Positions 36,926 through 46,013 of a DNA stretch of 64,000 nucleotides are shown in pieces. Under the pieces are notes generated by a model, which had not been told where the DNA came from, did no database searches, and was given only the letters and a program-made list of their open reading frames with translations. The stretch is taken from contig CAXXGJ010000002.1 in assembly GCA_963677895.2 (NCBI GenBank), positions 320,001 to 384,000 on the forward strand, read 5' to 3'. Source of the stretch: Treponemataceae bacterium (lineage in GTDB: Bacteria; Spirochaetota; Spirochaetia; Treponematales; Rectinemataceae). A program made the position numbers and the translations under genes. Positions within the stretch are counted from its first letter, which is position 1. Every line of letters begins with the position of its first letter.

Positions 36926-38715
36926 TGGCGAAGAAGAACTTCATACTCGTCTGCGGAGGCACCGGCTGCGAATCCTCGAAGAGCGACGAGATCTATCGCA
37001 CTTTAATAAAGGAAGCCGAGCTCCAGGGCGTCAAGGACGACGTGCAGATCGTCAAGACCGGCTGTTTCGGCTTCTGCGAAAAAGGTCCCATCGTCAAAGT
37101 GCTTCCCTCCGAATCCTTCTATGTCGAAGTAAAACCCGAGGACGCGAAGGAAATCATCGCCGAACAGGTGATCAAGGGACGCGAGGTCAAGAGGCTCCTC
37201 TACAAGAAGGACCAGAAGACCGCCGATAACGTGAAAGTCCAGGACATCGAATTCTACCAGAAACAGTTCCGCATCGTTTTGCGCAACTGCGGCGTCATCA
37301 ACCCCGAGAACATCGAGGAGTATATCGCCCGCGATGGCTATGTCGCCCTCGAGAAAGCTCTCTTCGAGATGAGTCCCCAGCAGATCATCGATACGGTCAA
37401 GGCTTCGGGCCTGCGCGGCCGAGGCGGCGCGGGATTCCCCACCGGCATCAAGTGGGAGACCGCCAGCAAGGTCAAGAGCGACGTGAAATACGTCGTCTGC
37501 AACGCCGACGAGGGCGACCCTGGCGCTTACATGGACAGATCCACGATCGAAGGCGATCCGCATTCGATCCTGGAAGCGATGATGATCGCCGGAAAGGCCA
37601 TCGGTTCCAACAGCGGTTACGTGTACATCCGCGCCGAATATCCGCTCGCCATCGAAAGGCTTAAAGTAGCCATCCAGCAGGCCAAGGAAATGGGCCTCAT
37701 GGGCAAGAACATCCTGGGATCCGGCTTCGACTTCGACGTCGAAATCCGCCTGGGCGCCGGCGCCTTCGTCTGCGGCGAAGAGACGGCCCTGCTCAAATCC
37801 ATCGAAGGCGACCGCGGCATGCCCATTCCCAAGCCGCCATTCCCCGCCATCAAGGGCCTCTGGGGCAAGCCGACCATCATCAACAACGTCGAAACCCTGG
37901 CCAACGTCCCCGTCATCATGACGAAGGGACCCGAATGGTTCGCTTCCATCGGCACCGACAAGTCCAAGGGAACCAAGGTTTTCGCCCTCACCGGCAAGAT
38001 CAACAACTCGGGCCTCATCGAAGTCCCTATGGGCACCACGCTGCGCGAGATCATCTTCGATATCGGCGGCGGCATCAGGAACGGCAAGAAGTTTAAGGGT
38101 GTCCAGACCGGCGGACCCTCCGGCGGCATCATCGTCGAGAAAGACCTCGATGTCCCGATTTCCTATGAGAGTCTCGTGGCCCTCGGCTCCATGATGGGCT
38201 CGGGCGGCATGATCGTCATGGACGAAGACGACTGCGTCGTCGATGTCTCCAAGTTCTACATGGCCTTCTGCGTCGACGAATCCTGCGGAAAATGCGCCCC
38301 CTGCCGCATCGGCACCAACCAGATGCACGCCCTCCTCGACAAGATCACCAAGGGCAAGGGCGAGGAAAAAGACCTGGAGAGCCTGGAGAGGATCGGAAAG
38401 GCGATGACGAAGGCCTCCCTCTGCATGCTGGGCGGTTCGGCGGCCAATCCGACGATGGCGACCATCCGTCACTTCAGGGACGAATATCTCGAACACATCC
38501 AAGAACACAAGTGCCGGGCTGGAAAATGCAAGGATCTCATCGTCTACTCGATCGATCCGGCGAAATGCATAGGCTGCGGGCTCTGCGCGCGCAAATGCCC
38601 AGTGCCTTGCATCGCGGGCGAGAAGAAACAGCCTCATGTGATCGACGCCTTGCGCTGTCTGAAATGCGGCGAGTGTTTCAAGGCCTGCAAATTCGGCGCA
38701 GTGGTCAAGAGCTAA
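36922..38715 (+). CDS. hndC: [FeFe]-hydrogenase NuoF-like NAD(P)H/FMN subunit (HndC/HydB)
   Basis: GLRGRGGAGFPTG, CNADEGDPGAYMD, GAGAFVCGEETAL, ESCGKCAPCR, two C-terminal 4Fe-4S motifs. Confidence 0.93.
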   Translation: MMAKKNFILVCGGTGCESSKSDEIYRTLIKEAELQGVKDDVQIVKTGCFGFCEKGPIVKVLPSESFYVEVKPEDAKEIIAEQVIKGREVKRLLYKKDQKTADNVKVQDIEFYQKQFRIVLRNCGVINPENIEEYIARDGYVALEKALFEMSPQQIIDTVKASGLRGRGGAGFPTGIKWETASKVKSDVKYVVCNADEGDPGAYMDRSTIEGDPHSILEAMMIAGKAIGSNSGYVYIRAEYPLAIERLKVAIQQAKEMGLMGKNILGSGFDFDVEIRLGAGAFVCGEETALLKSIEGDRGMPIPKPPFPAIKGLWGKPTIINNVETLANVPVIMTKGPEWFASIGTDKSKGTKVFALTGKINNSGLIEVPMGTTLREIIFDIGGGIRNGKKFKGVQTGGPSGGIIVEKDLDVPISYESLVALGSMMGSGGMIVMDEDDCVVDVSKFYMAFCVDESCGKCAPCRIGTNQMHALLDKITKGKGEEKDLESLERIGKAMTKASLCMLGGSAANPTMATIRHFRDEYLEHIQEHKCRAGKCKDLIVYSIDPAKCIGCGLCARKCPVPCIAGEKKQPHVIDALRCLKCGECFKACKFGAVVKS

Positions 38716-38733
38716 GGACGGGGAGAAACTACC

Positions 38734-40518
38734 ATGATCAATTGCAAGGTTAACGGAATAGCGGTACAGGTCGCCGAAGGCTCCACGGTCCTCGACGCGG
38801 CCAAGAAAGCCAACGTCAAGATACCCACGCTCTGCTACAATCCCGATCTCGCCCCCTGGGCGGCATGCGGCATCTGCGTCGTGAGGGTGGAAGGCAGCAA
38901 CAAGATGCTCAGGTCCTGCTGCACCCCGGTTTCGGAAAACATGAGCGTCATCACCAACGATGCCGAACTCGTGCAGATCCGCAAGACGGTAATAGAACTC
39001 ATTCTCTCCACGCATCCCGACGACTGCCTCGCCTGCCCCCGCAACCAGGACTGCGAACTGCAGACCCTGGCCCAGGAGTTCGGCATCCGCCAGCAGTCCT
39101 TCCCGAAGCGTCTGCGCGATCTTCCGATCGACGACACCACGGGATCGATCATCCTCAATCCCGAAAAATGCATCCGCTGCGGCCGCTGCGTGACCGTGTG
39201 CCAGCAGATGCAGAACGTGTGGGCCATCGAGTTCCTCGGACGCGGCGAATCCACGCGCATCGCCCCGGCCGCCGACGTCAAGCTGGGCGAAAGCCCCTGC
39301 ATCAGGTGCGGCCAGTGCTCGGCGCACTGCCCCGTCGGCGCCATCTACGAGAACGACCAGACGCAGCTTGTCTGGGACGCCCTCATGAAGACTGGTCCCG
39401 AAGCCAAGACCTGCGTCGTCCAGATAGCCCCGGCCGTCCGCGTCGCCCTCGGCGAAGCCTTCGGTCTGCCGGCCGGAACCGACGTCACCAAGAAAATCTA
39501 TACGGCATTCAGGCGGATGGGTTTCGACGCCATCTTCGACACGAATTTCTCGGCCGACCTCACCATACTCGAGGAAGGCACCGAGTTCGTGAAAAGGCTG
39601 ACCTCGGCCCTCCAGAACGGCCTCGGCGCCGCGACGAAGGAAAGGTCCATGCCTCTCATCACTTCCTGCTGTCCTGCCTGGGTCGACTACATGGAGAAAT
39701 ACTATCCGGACATGGTCCCGAACTTCTCCACCGCGAAGAGTCCGCAGCAGATGATGGGCGCCATGATCAAGACCTACTGGGCTCAGAAAGCCGGCGTGGA
39801 TCCCTCCAAGATCTTCTCCGTGTCGATCATGCCCTGCACGGCCAAGAAATATGAGACGCACCGCGACGAAACCATGTATTCCTCGGGATACCAGGATGTC
39901 GATGTCGCCATCACCACGCGCGAACTGGCGAGGATGATCAAGCAGGCCGGCATCGATCTCCTCAATCTCCCCGAATCCGAGGCCGACAGCCCGCTGGGAC
40001 CCTATACCGGCGCCGGCGCCATCTTCGGCGCGACGGGCGGCGTCATGGAAGCCGCTCTGCGTTCGGCCTATTTCCTCGTCACCGGCGAAGATCTGAAGGA
40101 CGTCAACTTCACCGCCGTCCGCGGCATTTCCGGAATCAAGGAAGCCAGCGTCCACATCGCCGGCATCGAAATCCGCGTGGCCGTCGCTCACCAGATGGGC
40201 AACATCCAGCAGGTTTTGGATCAGGTCAGAAAGGCTCGCGAGGAAGGCAAGGACACGCCCTGGCATTTCATCGAAGTCATGGCCTGCCGCGGCGGCTGCA
40301 TCGGCGGCGGCGGACAGCCCTATGGAGCCACCGACGAGATCCGCACGAAGCGCATGCGCGCTCTCTACGACCACGACGAGAACCAGGAATACCGCTGCTC
40401 GCACAACAATCCCTATATCAAGCAGGTATATGCCGAGTTCCTCGAGGCGCCGGGAAGCCCGAAGGCTCATCACCTCCTCCATACCCACTATGAAGGAAAG
40501 CCTCTGTTCCTGAAATAA
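38734..40518 (+). CDS. hndD: [FeFe]-hydrogenase catalytic subunit (HndD/HydA, group A3-like)
   Basis: H-cluster motifs TSCCPAW, MPCTAKKYE, EVMACRGGCIGGGGQP; N-terminal 2Fe-2S, His-ligated 4Fe-4S (HPDDCLAC) and two 4Fe-4S motifs. Confidence 0.95.
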   Translation: MINCKVNGIAVQVAEGSTVLDAAKKANVKIPTLCYNPDLAPWAACGICVVRVEGSNKMLRSCCTPVSENMSVITNDAELVQIRKTVIELILSTHPDDCLACPRNQDCELQTLAQEFGIRQQSFPKRLRDLPIDDTTGSIILNPEKCIRCGRCVTVCQQMQNVWAIEFLGRGESTRIAPAADVKLGESPCIRCGQCSAHCPVGAIYENDQTQLVWDALMKTGPEAKTCVVQIAPAVRVALGEAFGLPAGTDVTKKIYTAFRRMGFDAIFDTNFSADLTILEEGTEFVKRLTSALQNGLGAATKERSMPLITSCCPAWVDYMEKYYPDMVPNFSTAKSPQQMMGAMIKTYWAQKAGVDPSKIFSVSIMPCTAKKYETHRDETMYSSGYQDVDVAITTRELARMIKQAGIDLLNLPESEADSPLGPYTGAGAIFGATGGVMEAALRSAYFLVTGEDLKDVNFTAVRGISGIKEASVHIAGIEIRVAVAHQMGNIQQVLDQVRKAREEGKDTPWHFIEVMACRGGCIGGGGQPYGATDEIRTKRMRALYDHDENQEYRCSHNNPYIKQVYAEFLEAPGSPKAHHLLHTHYEGKPLFLK

Positions 40519-40552
40519 ACGTTAGGCGCTGAACTTTCAGCGCCTGAAAACG

Positions 40553-40594
40553 AAAGGCAGGCGGAATCCCTAAAGGATTCCGCCTGCCTTTTTT
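40553..40594. terminator. Intrinsic terminator (likely bidirectional) after the hydrogenase operon
   Basis: AAAGGCAGGCGGAATCC-ctaaa-GGATTCCGCCTGCCTTT plus T run; a second hairpin lies at 40524-40545. Confidence 0.88.
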
Positions 40595-40623
40595 AATTCC
40601 TGACGGCCCTGTGCCGACGCGGC

Positions 40624-40800
40624 TTATGCCTGTTTGGAAGGCTTTGTGATGGTGATCGTCACCGTGGAAGCGTTTTCCGCGCCTTTCAGCGCGCCCGTCA
40701 TGGCCGCGATCGTGTCGAAGAAGAGCTTCGAGACAAAGGGCACCAGGGGCAGTTCCTGGCCGTCGCAGTAAATGTGGATTTCCTTTCCGTCTTCGGTCAT
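40624..40800 (-). CDS. Small MobB-associated protein (58 aa)
   Basis: MTEDGKEIHIYCDGQELPLVPFVSKLFFDTIAAMTGALKG; GAGGAGG SD; follows mobB. Confidence 0.6.
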   Translation of the reverse strand: MTEDGKEIHIYCDGQELPLVPFVSKLFFDTIAAMTGALKGAENASTVTITITKPSKQA

Positions 40801-40811
40801 CGCCATCCTCC

Positions 40812-41327
40812 TCAAGAAATGATGTAATCGATAAAAAGCTCGACATCTTCGGGTCTGAAAGCCTTGATATTCCTGGCTTCGGCCAGTTCCAGCATAACCT
40901 TCTCGCGCGCCACGAGGATGTCGATGTCGGAGAGAGGGCGCTTTATGGCCTTCTCCTCGGTTTCGGCGCCGGCGACGAGAACGCGGAGAGCTCCCTCCGC
41001 GGCGAGGCCTTCGCAGAAAATGATCGACGCCAGGGGGCACAGCGCGGCAATCGCGCCCGCGTCCATCGGGGCGGGAGGCGCGGTGAGCACTACCATCTCC
41101 GATTCGCTCAGATAAATGGAAGGATTCGCTCCCGCGGCATGAAATCGCGCCGAATCCTTGGTGTCGGGGGGAAGATCGGCCTCATGCCTCGATTTCTTGA
41201 TTGCCGCGGCGCTTATGCCGCGTTTCGAACACTCCTGGAGCGCCGATTCGATGAAGGTGGTCTTGCCCGTGCCCGACCAGCCGATAATGGATACGATTCT
41301 TGATGGACTCTTCACTGTATTCCTCAT
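40812..41327 (-). CDS. mobB: Molybdopterin-guanine dinucleotide biosynthesis protein B
   Basis: GWSGTGKTT, AIKKSRH, KDSARFHAAGA, FCEG. Confidence 0.8.
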   Translation of the reverse strand: MRNTVKSPSRIVSIIGWSGTGKTTFIESALQECSKRGISAAAIKKSRHEADLPPDTKDSARFHAAGANPSIYLSESEMVVLTAPPAPMDAGAIAALCPLASIIFCEGLAAEGALRVLVAGAETEEKAIKRPLSDIDILVAREKVMLELAEARNIKAFRPEDVELFIDYIIS

Positions 41328-41340
41328 GTCATCGCGTTCT

Positions 41341-42567
41341 TCATGCTACGGGGGCTTTCAGCGTGATTTTTAGCCTCGTTCCGGCGGCAAAGCCGAAACT
41401 GTTTTCGCCCAACCGTTTTTCCAGCGCCTCCGCTTCGATGCAGTCCCCACGGCAAAGCGAGAAGAAGCCGGCGCTATCGGCGCCTGAATCGCCCCTTTTG
41501 GCCGATACCGTGGCGAGTCCCGAAGCCGTGCATACAATATACCGTACCCTGCCGGCTTTGTTGAGCATGGATTCGGAGACGATCCTGCCCGCCAGTCGAT
41601 CGCTGACGATTGGCTTGGCTTCGGAGAGCAAGACTTTTTTCATGGCGAACCATGTCGCTTTCGCCGAGTCGCGGTCGAGCCCGGCGGCCCTGGCTAAGGC
41701 GGCCACGGGGCCAGTGGGTTCCCAGGGCCAGGAGGAGTGGCAGCTTCTCCCCTCGCCGGCGCTCGCTATCGGGCAATCCATAGATCCCGGACAAGGCGCC
41801 ACACAGCTCATCCCTCGTTCCCGGCCCCGTTCCAGCAGTCTGTCTCGCAGGGCGAGCGCCGGCCTGCCCGTCACGTTGGCCGCCGGCTCAATCACGAGAA
41901 GGATCCCCCCGTCGGCCAACTGCCCGAAGGCGCTTTCGAAAAGCCCCGCACGACGCTCGACCGCGTCGTCCTTCTCCTTCCACAACTCATTCGCGCTGTG
42001 GCAGGCAATTATAAGATCGTAGGGACCTGCCGGGATGTCGCCGTCCTTTTCGAAATTCCTCTGAACCGCGACGAACTCGGCACGCAGGCCGGCGACATTC
42101 TCCTTCAGCCTCAGCGCCGCTTCCAGCGCCTCCGCGTTGGCGTCTACAAGCGTCACGCTCTCCGCGCCCAGCTCCGCGGCGGCGAATGAAGCCGGCCCCG
42201 GTCCCGCGCCCAAATCGAGGACGCGGCATATTTTCGGCAAGGCTCCTCTCAGGTCGATCTCCCGCAGCGCGAGCGATGCCTGGACGAAGGAAACGGGCCA
42301 GTAATACAGGAGATACGCGCCCAGCAAGTCGGCCCGGGAAAAATACGAAGCTCCCGCCAGGCGTCTGTCGCCCGTAAGGCCGCGCTGCAGGCTCAGGAGC
42401 GCGGCGCCGAAACGATCGAGGGCTGAGGGAGACAGCGCGGAGGAGGAAAGGCCGGATTCCGTCGCTTTCGCGCCGGATCCGGAATCCCTGCCTGCGGCAT
42501 GCTTGCCTGCGGCAAGCCGCCCCAACGCCGGATAATACTTCGCGACCTTGTCGCCGATGCCTGTCAT
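41341..42567 (-). CDS. Rsm22/METTL17-like SAM-dependent methyltransferase
   Basis: AYLLYYWP, VLDLGAGPG, LVIEPA, LRDRLL, APCPGSMDCP...SCH; GGAGG SD before 42567. Confidence 0.75.
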   Translation of the reverse strand: MTGIGDKVAKYYPALGRLAAGKHAAGRDSGSGAKATESGLSSSALSPSALDRFGAALLSLQRGLTGDRRLAGASYFSRADLLGAYLLYYWPVSFVQASLALREIDLRGALPKICRVLDLGAGPGPASFAAAELGAESVTLVDANAEALEAALRLKENVAGLRAEFVAVQRNFEKDGDIPAGPYDLIIACHSANELWKEKDDAVERRAGLFESAFGQLADGGILLVIEPAANVTGRPALALRDRLLERGRERGMSCVAPCPGSMDCPIASAGEGRSCHSSWPWEPTGPVAALARAAGLDRDSAKATWFAMKKVLLSEAKPIVSDRLAGRIVSESMLNKAGRVRYIVCTASGLATVSAKRGDSGADSAGFFSLCRGDCIEAEALEKRLGENSFGFAAGTRLKITLKAPVA

Positions 42568-42635
42568 TCTCCCTCCTTCCTTGCTCAAGATCCCTGCCCT
42601 TGTATGCGGGGGATCTCTGGCTTATATTACAATAC

Positions 42636-44072
42636 ATGCACGAACCGCCACCATTACTCATGCAAGCCCTTTTGGCGAATCCAGACATCGACAAAATGAT
42701 AACAGGAAGCGGCTTCACCGTCATCGATTTCGTCAACAGGAATATGCTGCTCAGCGATACATGGGAGCAGCTGGGAATCGTGCGCGATACGCTGCTGGAT
42801 TTTTTTCCGAGGGGGAAAATCTTCCCCGCCGATCTTCAGGCTTTTGAATCGCTGATAAAAAAGCTGAAATCGGGCGAAATCGACATAGGGAAGGGCGAGT
42901 TCCGGCTGATAGGGATGGAAGGCGCGATCAACTGGTTTTCCCTGGATTTCTTCGTCCTGGCGAGAGGCGAGAAGGGCAATATCACCATGCTCGCCATTCA
43001 TGATATGGACATCTCCAAGCTGATCGCCGCCCAGGAGGAAATCCGTGAACGCCTTGTGGAGATCGAATCCCTCAAGGATCTTCTCACCGCGATCAACAAG
43101 AGCCTCGATTTCAATGAGACACTCAGCAAGATCATCGAACACTTGCACCGGATAATCCCCTTCGACCGCGCTTCCGTGCAGACGCTCCAAGGCAATTTCC
43201 TATCGGTTATCGGCAGCTACGGCTATACCGAAACCCTCACCCAAGACCTGAGGTTTCCGATCACCGGCATCGACAACCCATCGGCGAGAGCGATAGCCTC
43301 GCGCAGACCCATAATATGCAACGACGTGGAACACGATTTCGATGGTTTTGTTCAAGTGGAAGGCAGCATCCAGGTGAAATCCTGGCTCGGCATTCCTCTC
43401 GTCTACGAAGGAAGATCGATGGGCCTGCTTGCCCTCGACAGCGCCGAGCGCGGCTTCTACACCAATCAGCACGTGAGAATCGCTTCCAACGTGGCGGAAC
43501 ACATTGCCATGGCCCTCGAGCATGCCAAACAGCATACGATAATCAAGGAAGAAGCCAGAACCGACAAACTGACCGGCGTCGCCAACCGCTACGGTCTGGA
43601 GACGATGGGGCAGGACCTCTTCGGGAAGGCTTATAAAGAAGATCAGCCTATGGGCATCCTCATGCTCGATATTGATCATTTCAAGATCGTCAACGATACC
43701 TTCGGCCATTCCTTTGGCGACCAGGTGCTCAGATCCATGGCCACGGGCATTTCCCAATGCCTGAGGATAAAGGACTATCTGGTTCGCTATGGCGGCGAAG
43801 AGTTCGTCATTCTCCTTCCCGACACCACGACCCGAGAAGCCCTCGTCGTAGCCGAGCGTCTCAGGAAGAAGATTCCCCTCATCGACGTCGACGGCAGCCA
43901 TACATGCCCGACGGTGAGCATTGGCGTGTTTTCCGGCGTGCCCGGACCTCAGGACATATTGCACGAGTTCATCCGGCGAGCCGATCTGGCCCTCTACGAT
44001 GCCAAGGAAGCGGGGCGCAACCGTTGCCGCGTATGGAATCCCAAGCCCGAATATTTCGACAAGAAAATCTGA
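42636..44072 (+). CDS. GAF-GGDEF diguanylate cyclase
   Basis: SWLGIPL GAF motif, DKLTGVANR, DIDHFKIVND, RIKD I-site, RYGGEEF, ADLALYDAK. Confidence 0.92.
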   Translation: MHEPPPLLMQALLANPDIDKMITGSGFTVIDFVNRNMLLSDTWEQLGIVRDTLLDFFPRGKIFPADLQAFESLIKKLKSGEIDIGKGEFRLIGMEGAINWFSLDFFVLARGEKGNITMLAIHDMDISKLIAAQEEIRERLVEIESLKDLLTAINKSLDFNETLSKIIEHLHRIIPFDRASVQTLQGNFLSVIGSYGYTETLTQDLRFPITGIDNPSARAIASRRPIICNDVEHDFDGFVQVEGSIQVKSWLGIPLVYEGRSMGLLALDSAERGFYTNQHVRIASNVAEHIAMALEHAKQHTIIKEEARTDKLTGVANRYGLETMGQDLFGKAYKEDQPMGILMLDIDHFKIVNDTFGHSFGDQVLRSMATGISQCLRIKDYLVRYGGEEFVILLPDTTTREALVVAERLRKKIPLIDVDGSHTCPTVSIGVFSGVPGPQDILHEFIRRADLALYDAKEAGRNRCRVWNPKPEYFDKKI

Positions 44073-44140
44073 GCCGCGGAAGCCGCAATCTACGCACTAC
44101 TCGCGCACCCCACGTTGCCCGCGCCGCCTCGCGCCGCAAA

Positions 44141-44893
44141 CTATTTTTTCAGCAGATCGAGATAGGCTCCGTAGCCGCGATCCGCCATTTCCTCGGCGGG
44201 TATAAAATCCAGCGAAGCGGAATTTATGCAGTAGCGAAGCCCGCTGGGTTTGGGACCGTCGTTGAACAGATGGCCGAGATGGCCGCCCGATTTCTTCGCC
44301 CTTACCTCGATCCGATTCATGCCATATGACAAATCCTCGACGAGGAGGACGGCGTCCTTGTCGATGGGCGTCCAGAAGCTCGGCCAGCCCGTGCCGGACT
44401 CAAACTTGGTCGAGGAGAGGAAAAGCGCGCTGCCGTCGATCTTGTCCACATAGATTCCAGCCCTGTGGTTGTCCCAGAACGCGTTCTGGAAGGGCGGCTC
44501 CGTAGCCGCCTGCACGAGCACGTCGTATTCCTCCGGGCTCAGTTTTTTCTTGAGTTCCTCGGTGGGCTCTATATAGCAGACGGTGGCCGCCTGTTCTTCG
44601 GTGTAGATCATGAGTTCGCCTCCTGGCGCGCCGACGGTCGCCCGCAAAGGCGCCGGTTCGGTTGATGTCTTCGAGGGCGCCGGCTCGGTGGCTGCTTCTA
44701 ACGAAACCGGCTTGGTGGCTGCTTCTAATGAAACCGGCTCGGTGGCCGCCGCCCTCTGTCCCATGCAGGAAACCGAGATCAGCGAGACTCCGAGGATCGC
44801 GAGAACCGCGAAGAAAGCGGCGCGGAAATGTCCGCCCAGCCATCGTTCCGAAGCCTTTCGTCCTTCATTCGCTTCGTTTAGCTTCTCTAACAT
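44141..44893 (-). CDS. msrB: Methionine-R-sulfoxide reductase, probably an exported lipoprotein, zinc-less type
   Basis: TEPPF, KFESGTGWPSF, GHLGHLFNDGP, RYCINSAS; no CxxC pairs; hydrophobic N-terminal stretch ending ISVSC. Confidence 0.92.
   Translation of the reverse strand: MLEKLNEANEGRKASERWLGGHFRAAFFAVLAILGVSLISVSCMGQRAAATEPVSLEAATKPVSLEAATEPAPSKTSTEPAPLRATVGAPGGELMIYTEEQAATVCYIEPTEELKKKLSPEEYDVLVQAATEPPFQNAFWDNHRAGIYVDKIDGSALFLSSTKFESGTGWPSFWTPIDKDAVLLVEDLSYGMNRIEVRAKKSGGHLGHLFNDGPKPSGLRYCINSASLDFIPAEEMADRGYGAYLDLLKK
44642..44749 (-). repeat. In-frame 27-bp tandem repeat x4 in the msrB linker
   Basis: AATEPVSLE AATKPVSLE AATEPAPSK TSTEPAPLR. Confidence 0.9.
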
Positions 44894-45086
44894 AGTGGAA
44901 ATAATATACTGCTAAATATTAATATAGTGCGCCCGCATCACAGAATAAATGCGCGGCCGCTCCATCGTAATTGCGCGCCCGCTTTATCCGAAAACCGCTA
45001 AGATGCCGACCGCTCCCATTTTCCCCCAGGCCCGCTTTCATGGTATACTTTAGGCGATCGCCGAAGACTCAACGAGGAGTAGTCCC

Positions 45087-45497
45087 ATGGAACCGCAACC
45101 GGGCATCGTTCACGAAAAAACGATCACCGTGGAACCGAGGCATATCGCTTCCCACCTGGGATCAGGGGGAGTGCCCGTCTATGCCACGCCCTCGATGGTC
45201 CTCCACATGGAAGAAACCTCGCGCGAAGCCGTCGACCACCTGCTGGGCCCTGGCCGCGCCACGGTGGGCGCCTTCATGGGCGTGAGGCATCTCGCGCCGA
45301 CGCCGCTCGGGTTTAAGGTCAGGATCCGTTCCGAACTGGTGAAGGTGGAAGGAAGGATACTCACCTTCAAGGTCGAAGCCTGGGACGAGGTCGAAAAGAT
45401 CGGCGAAGCCGAACATGTCCGGGCCGTCATCGACCTCGCGCGTTTCGGCGAAAAAATCGAGAAAAAAAGACTGCTCGCCATCAAGGCCGGCGGTTGA
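45087..45497 (+). CDS. FlK-like hotdog thioesterase
   Basis: GSGGVPVYATP, MEE, RHLAPTP, IGEAEHVR. Confidence 0.85.
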   Translation: MEPQPGIVHEKTITVEPRHIASHLGSGGVPVYATPSMVLHMEETSREAVDHLLGPGRATVGAFMGVRHLAPTPLGFKVRIRSELVKVEGRILTFKVEAWDEVEKIGEAEHVRAVIDLARFGEKIEKKRLLAIKAGG

Positions 45498-45507
45498 GGA
45501 GCCGCGA

Positions 45508-46008
45508 ATGACGCTGGAAGAATTGTCCCGCCTCGACTACGAAGGAGCCAGGGAACTGCTTTTCGCCTATACGACCGATATCAAGCGTCACGACAAGGAT
45601 ATCGAAGCCCTCAAGAAGGATGTCGCCCTCTGGACCTCGAGGGTGAGCCTGGCCGAAAGCAAAGGAATGGCCGAACTTGCGGCGGGCGCCCGCGAACAGC
45701 TGGGCCAGCTGGAAGGCCGATTGTCGGAAATAGCGGCGTCGAGGGCTGAGCTGGAACGCGACGCCGCGAGGATCAAGGAAGCGATGCCCGGGATGAAGGC
45801 CAAGCAGAGGAGCATCGATCCTGACCAGCTTCAGGCCGAGCTGTCCATGATGACGGGCGAGGCTCTCGAACCCGAAAAAGCCAAGCTGGAGCGCGAACTG
45901 GACGCTTTGGCCAAGGCCGGCTCCTCCGAGGATCCGCTCGAGGCGCTTAAACGCAGGATGGGCCTTGTCCCCGAAGGCGGCCAGGAAAAGCCCGGGCAGG
46001 GCGCTTAA
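45508..46008 (+). CDS. Coiled-coil protein, possibly a short PspA/IM30-like paralogue
   Basis: All-helical; WTSRVSLAESKGMAELAAGA and EDPLEALKRRMG resemble PspA segments; GAGGAG SD. Confidence 0.5.
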   Translation: MTLEELSRLDYEGARELLFAYTTDIKRHDKDIEALKKDVALWTSRVSLAESKGMAELAAGAREQLGQLEGRLSEIAASRAELERDAARIKEAMPGMKAKQRSIDPDQLQAELSMMTGEALEPEKAKLERELDALAKAGSSEDPLEALKRRMGLVPEGGQEKPGQGA

Positions 46009-46013
46009 GCCCA

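Noticed and set aside
37003..40488. 1161-aa antisense ORF over the hydrogenase genes (and similar long shadow ORFs elsewhere)
   Set aside because: Mirror frame of strongly codon-biased GC-rich genes; no recognisable motifs.
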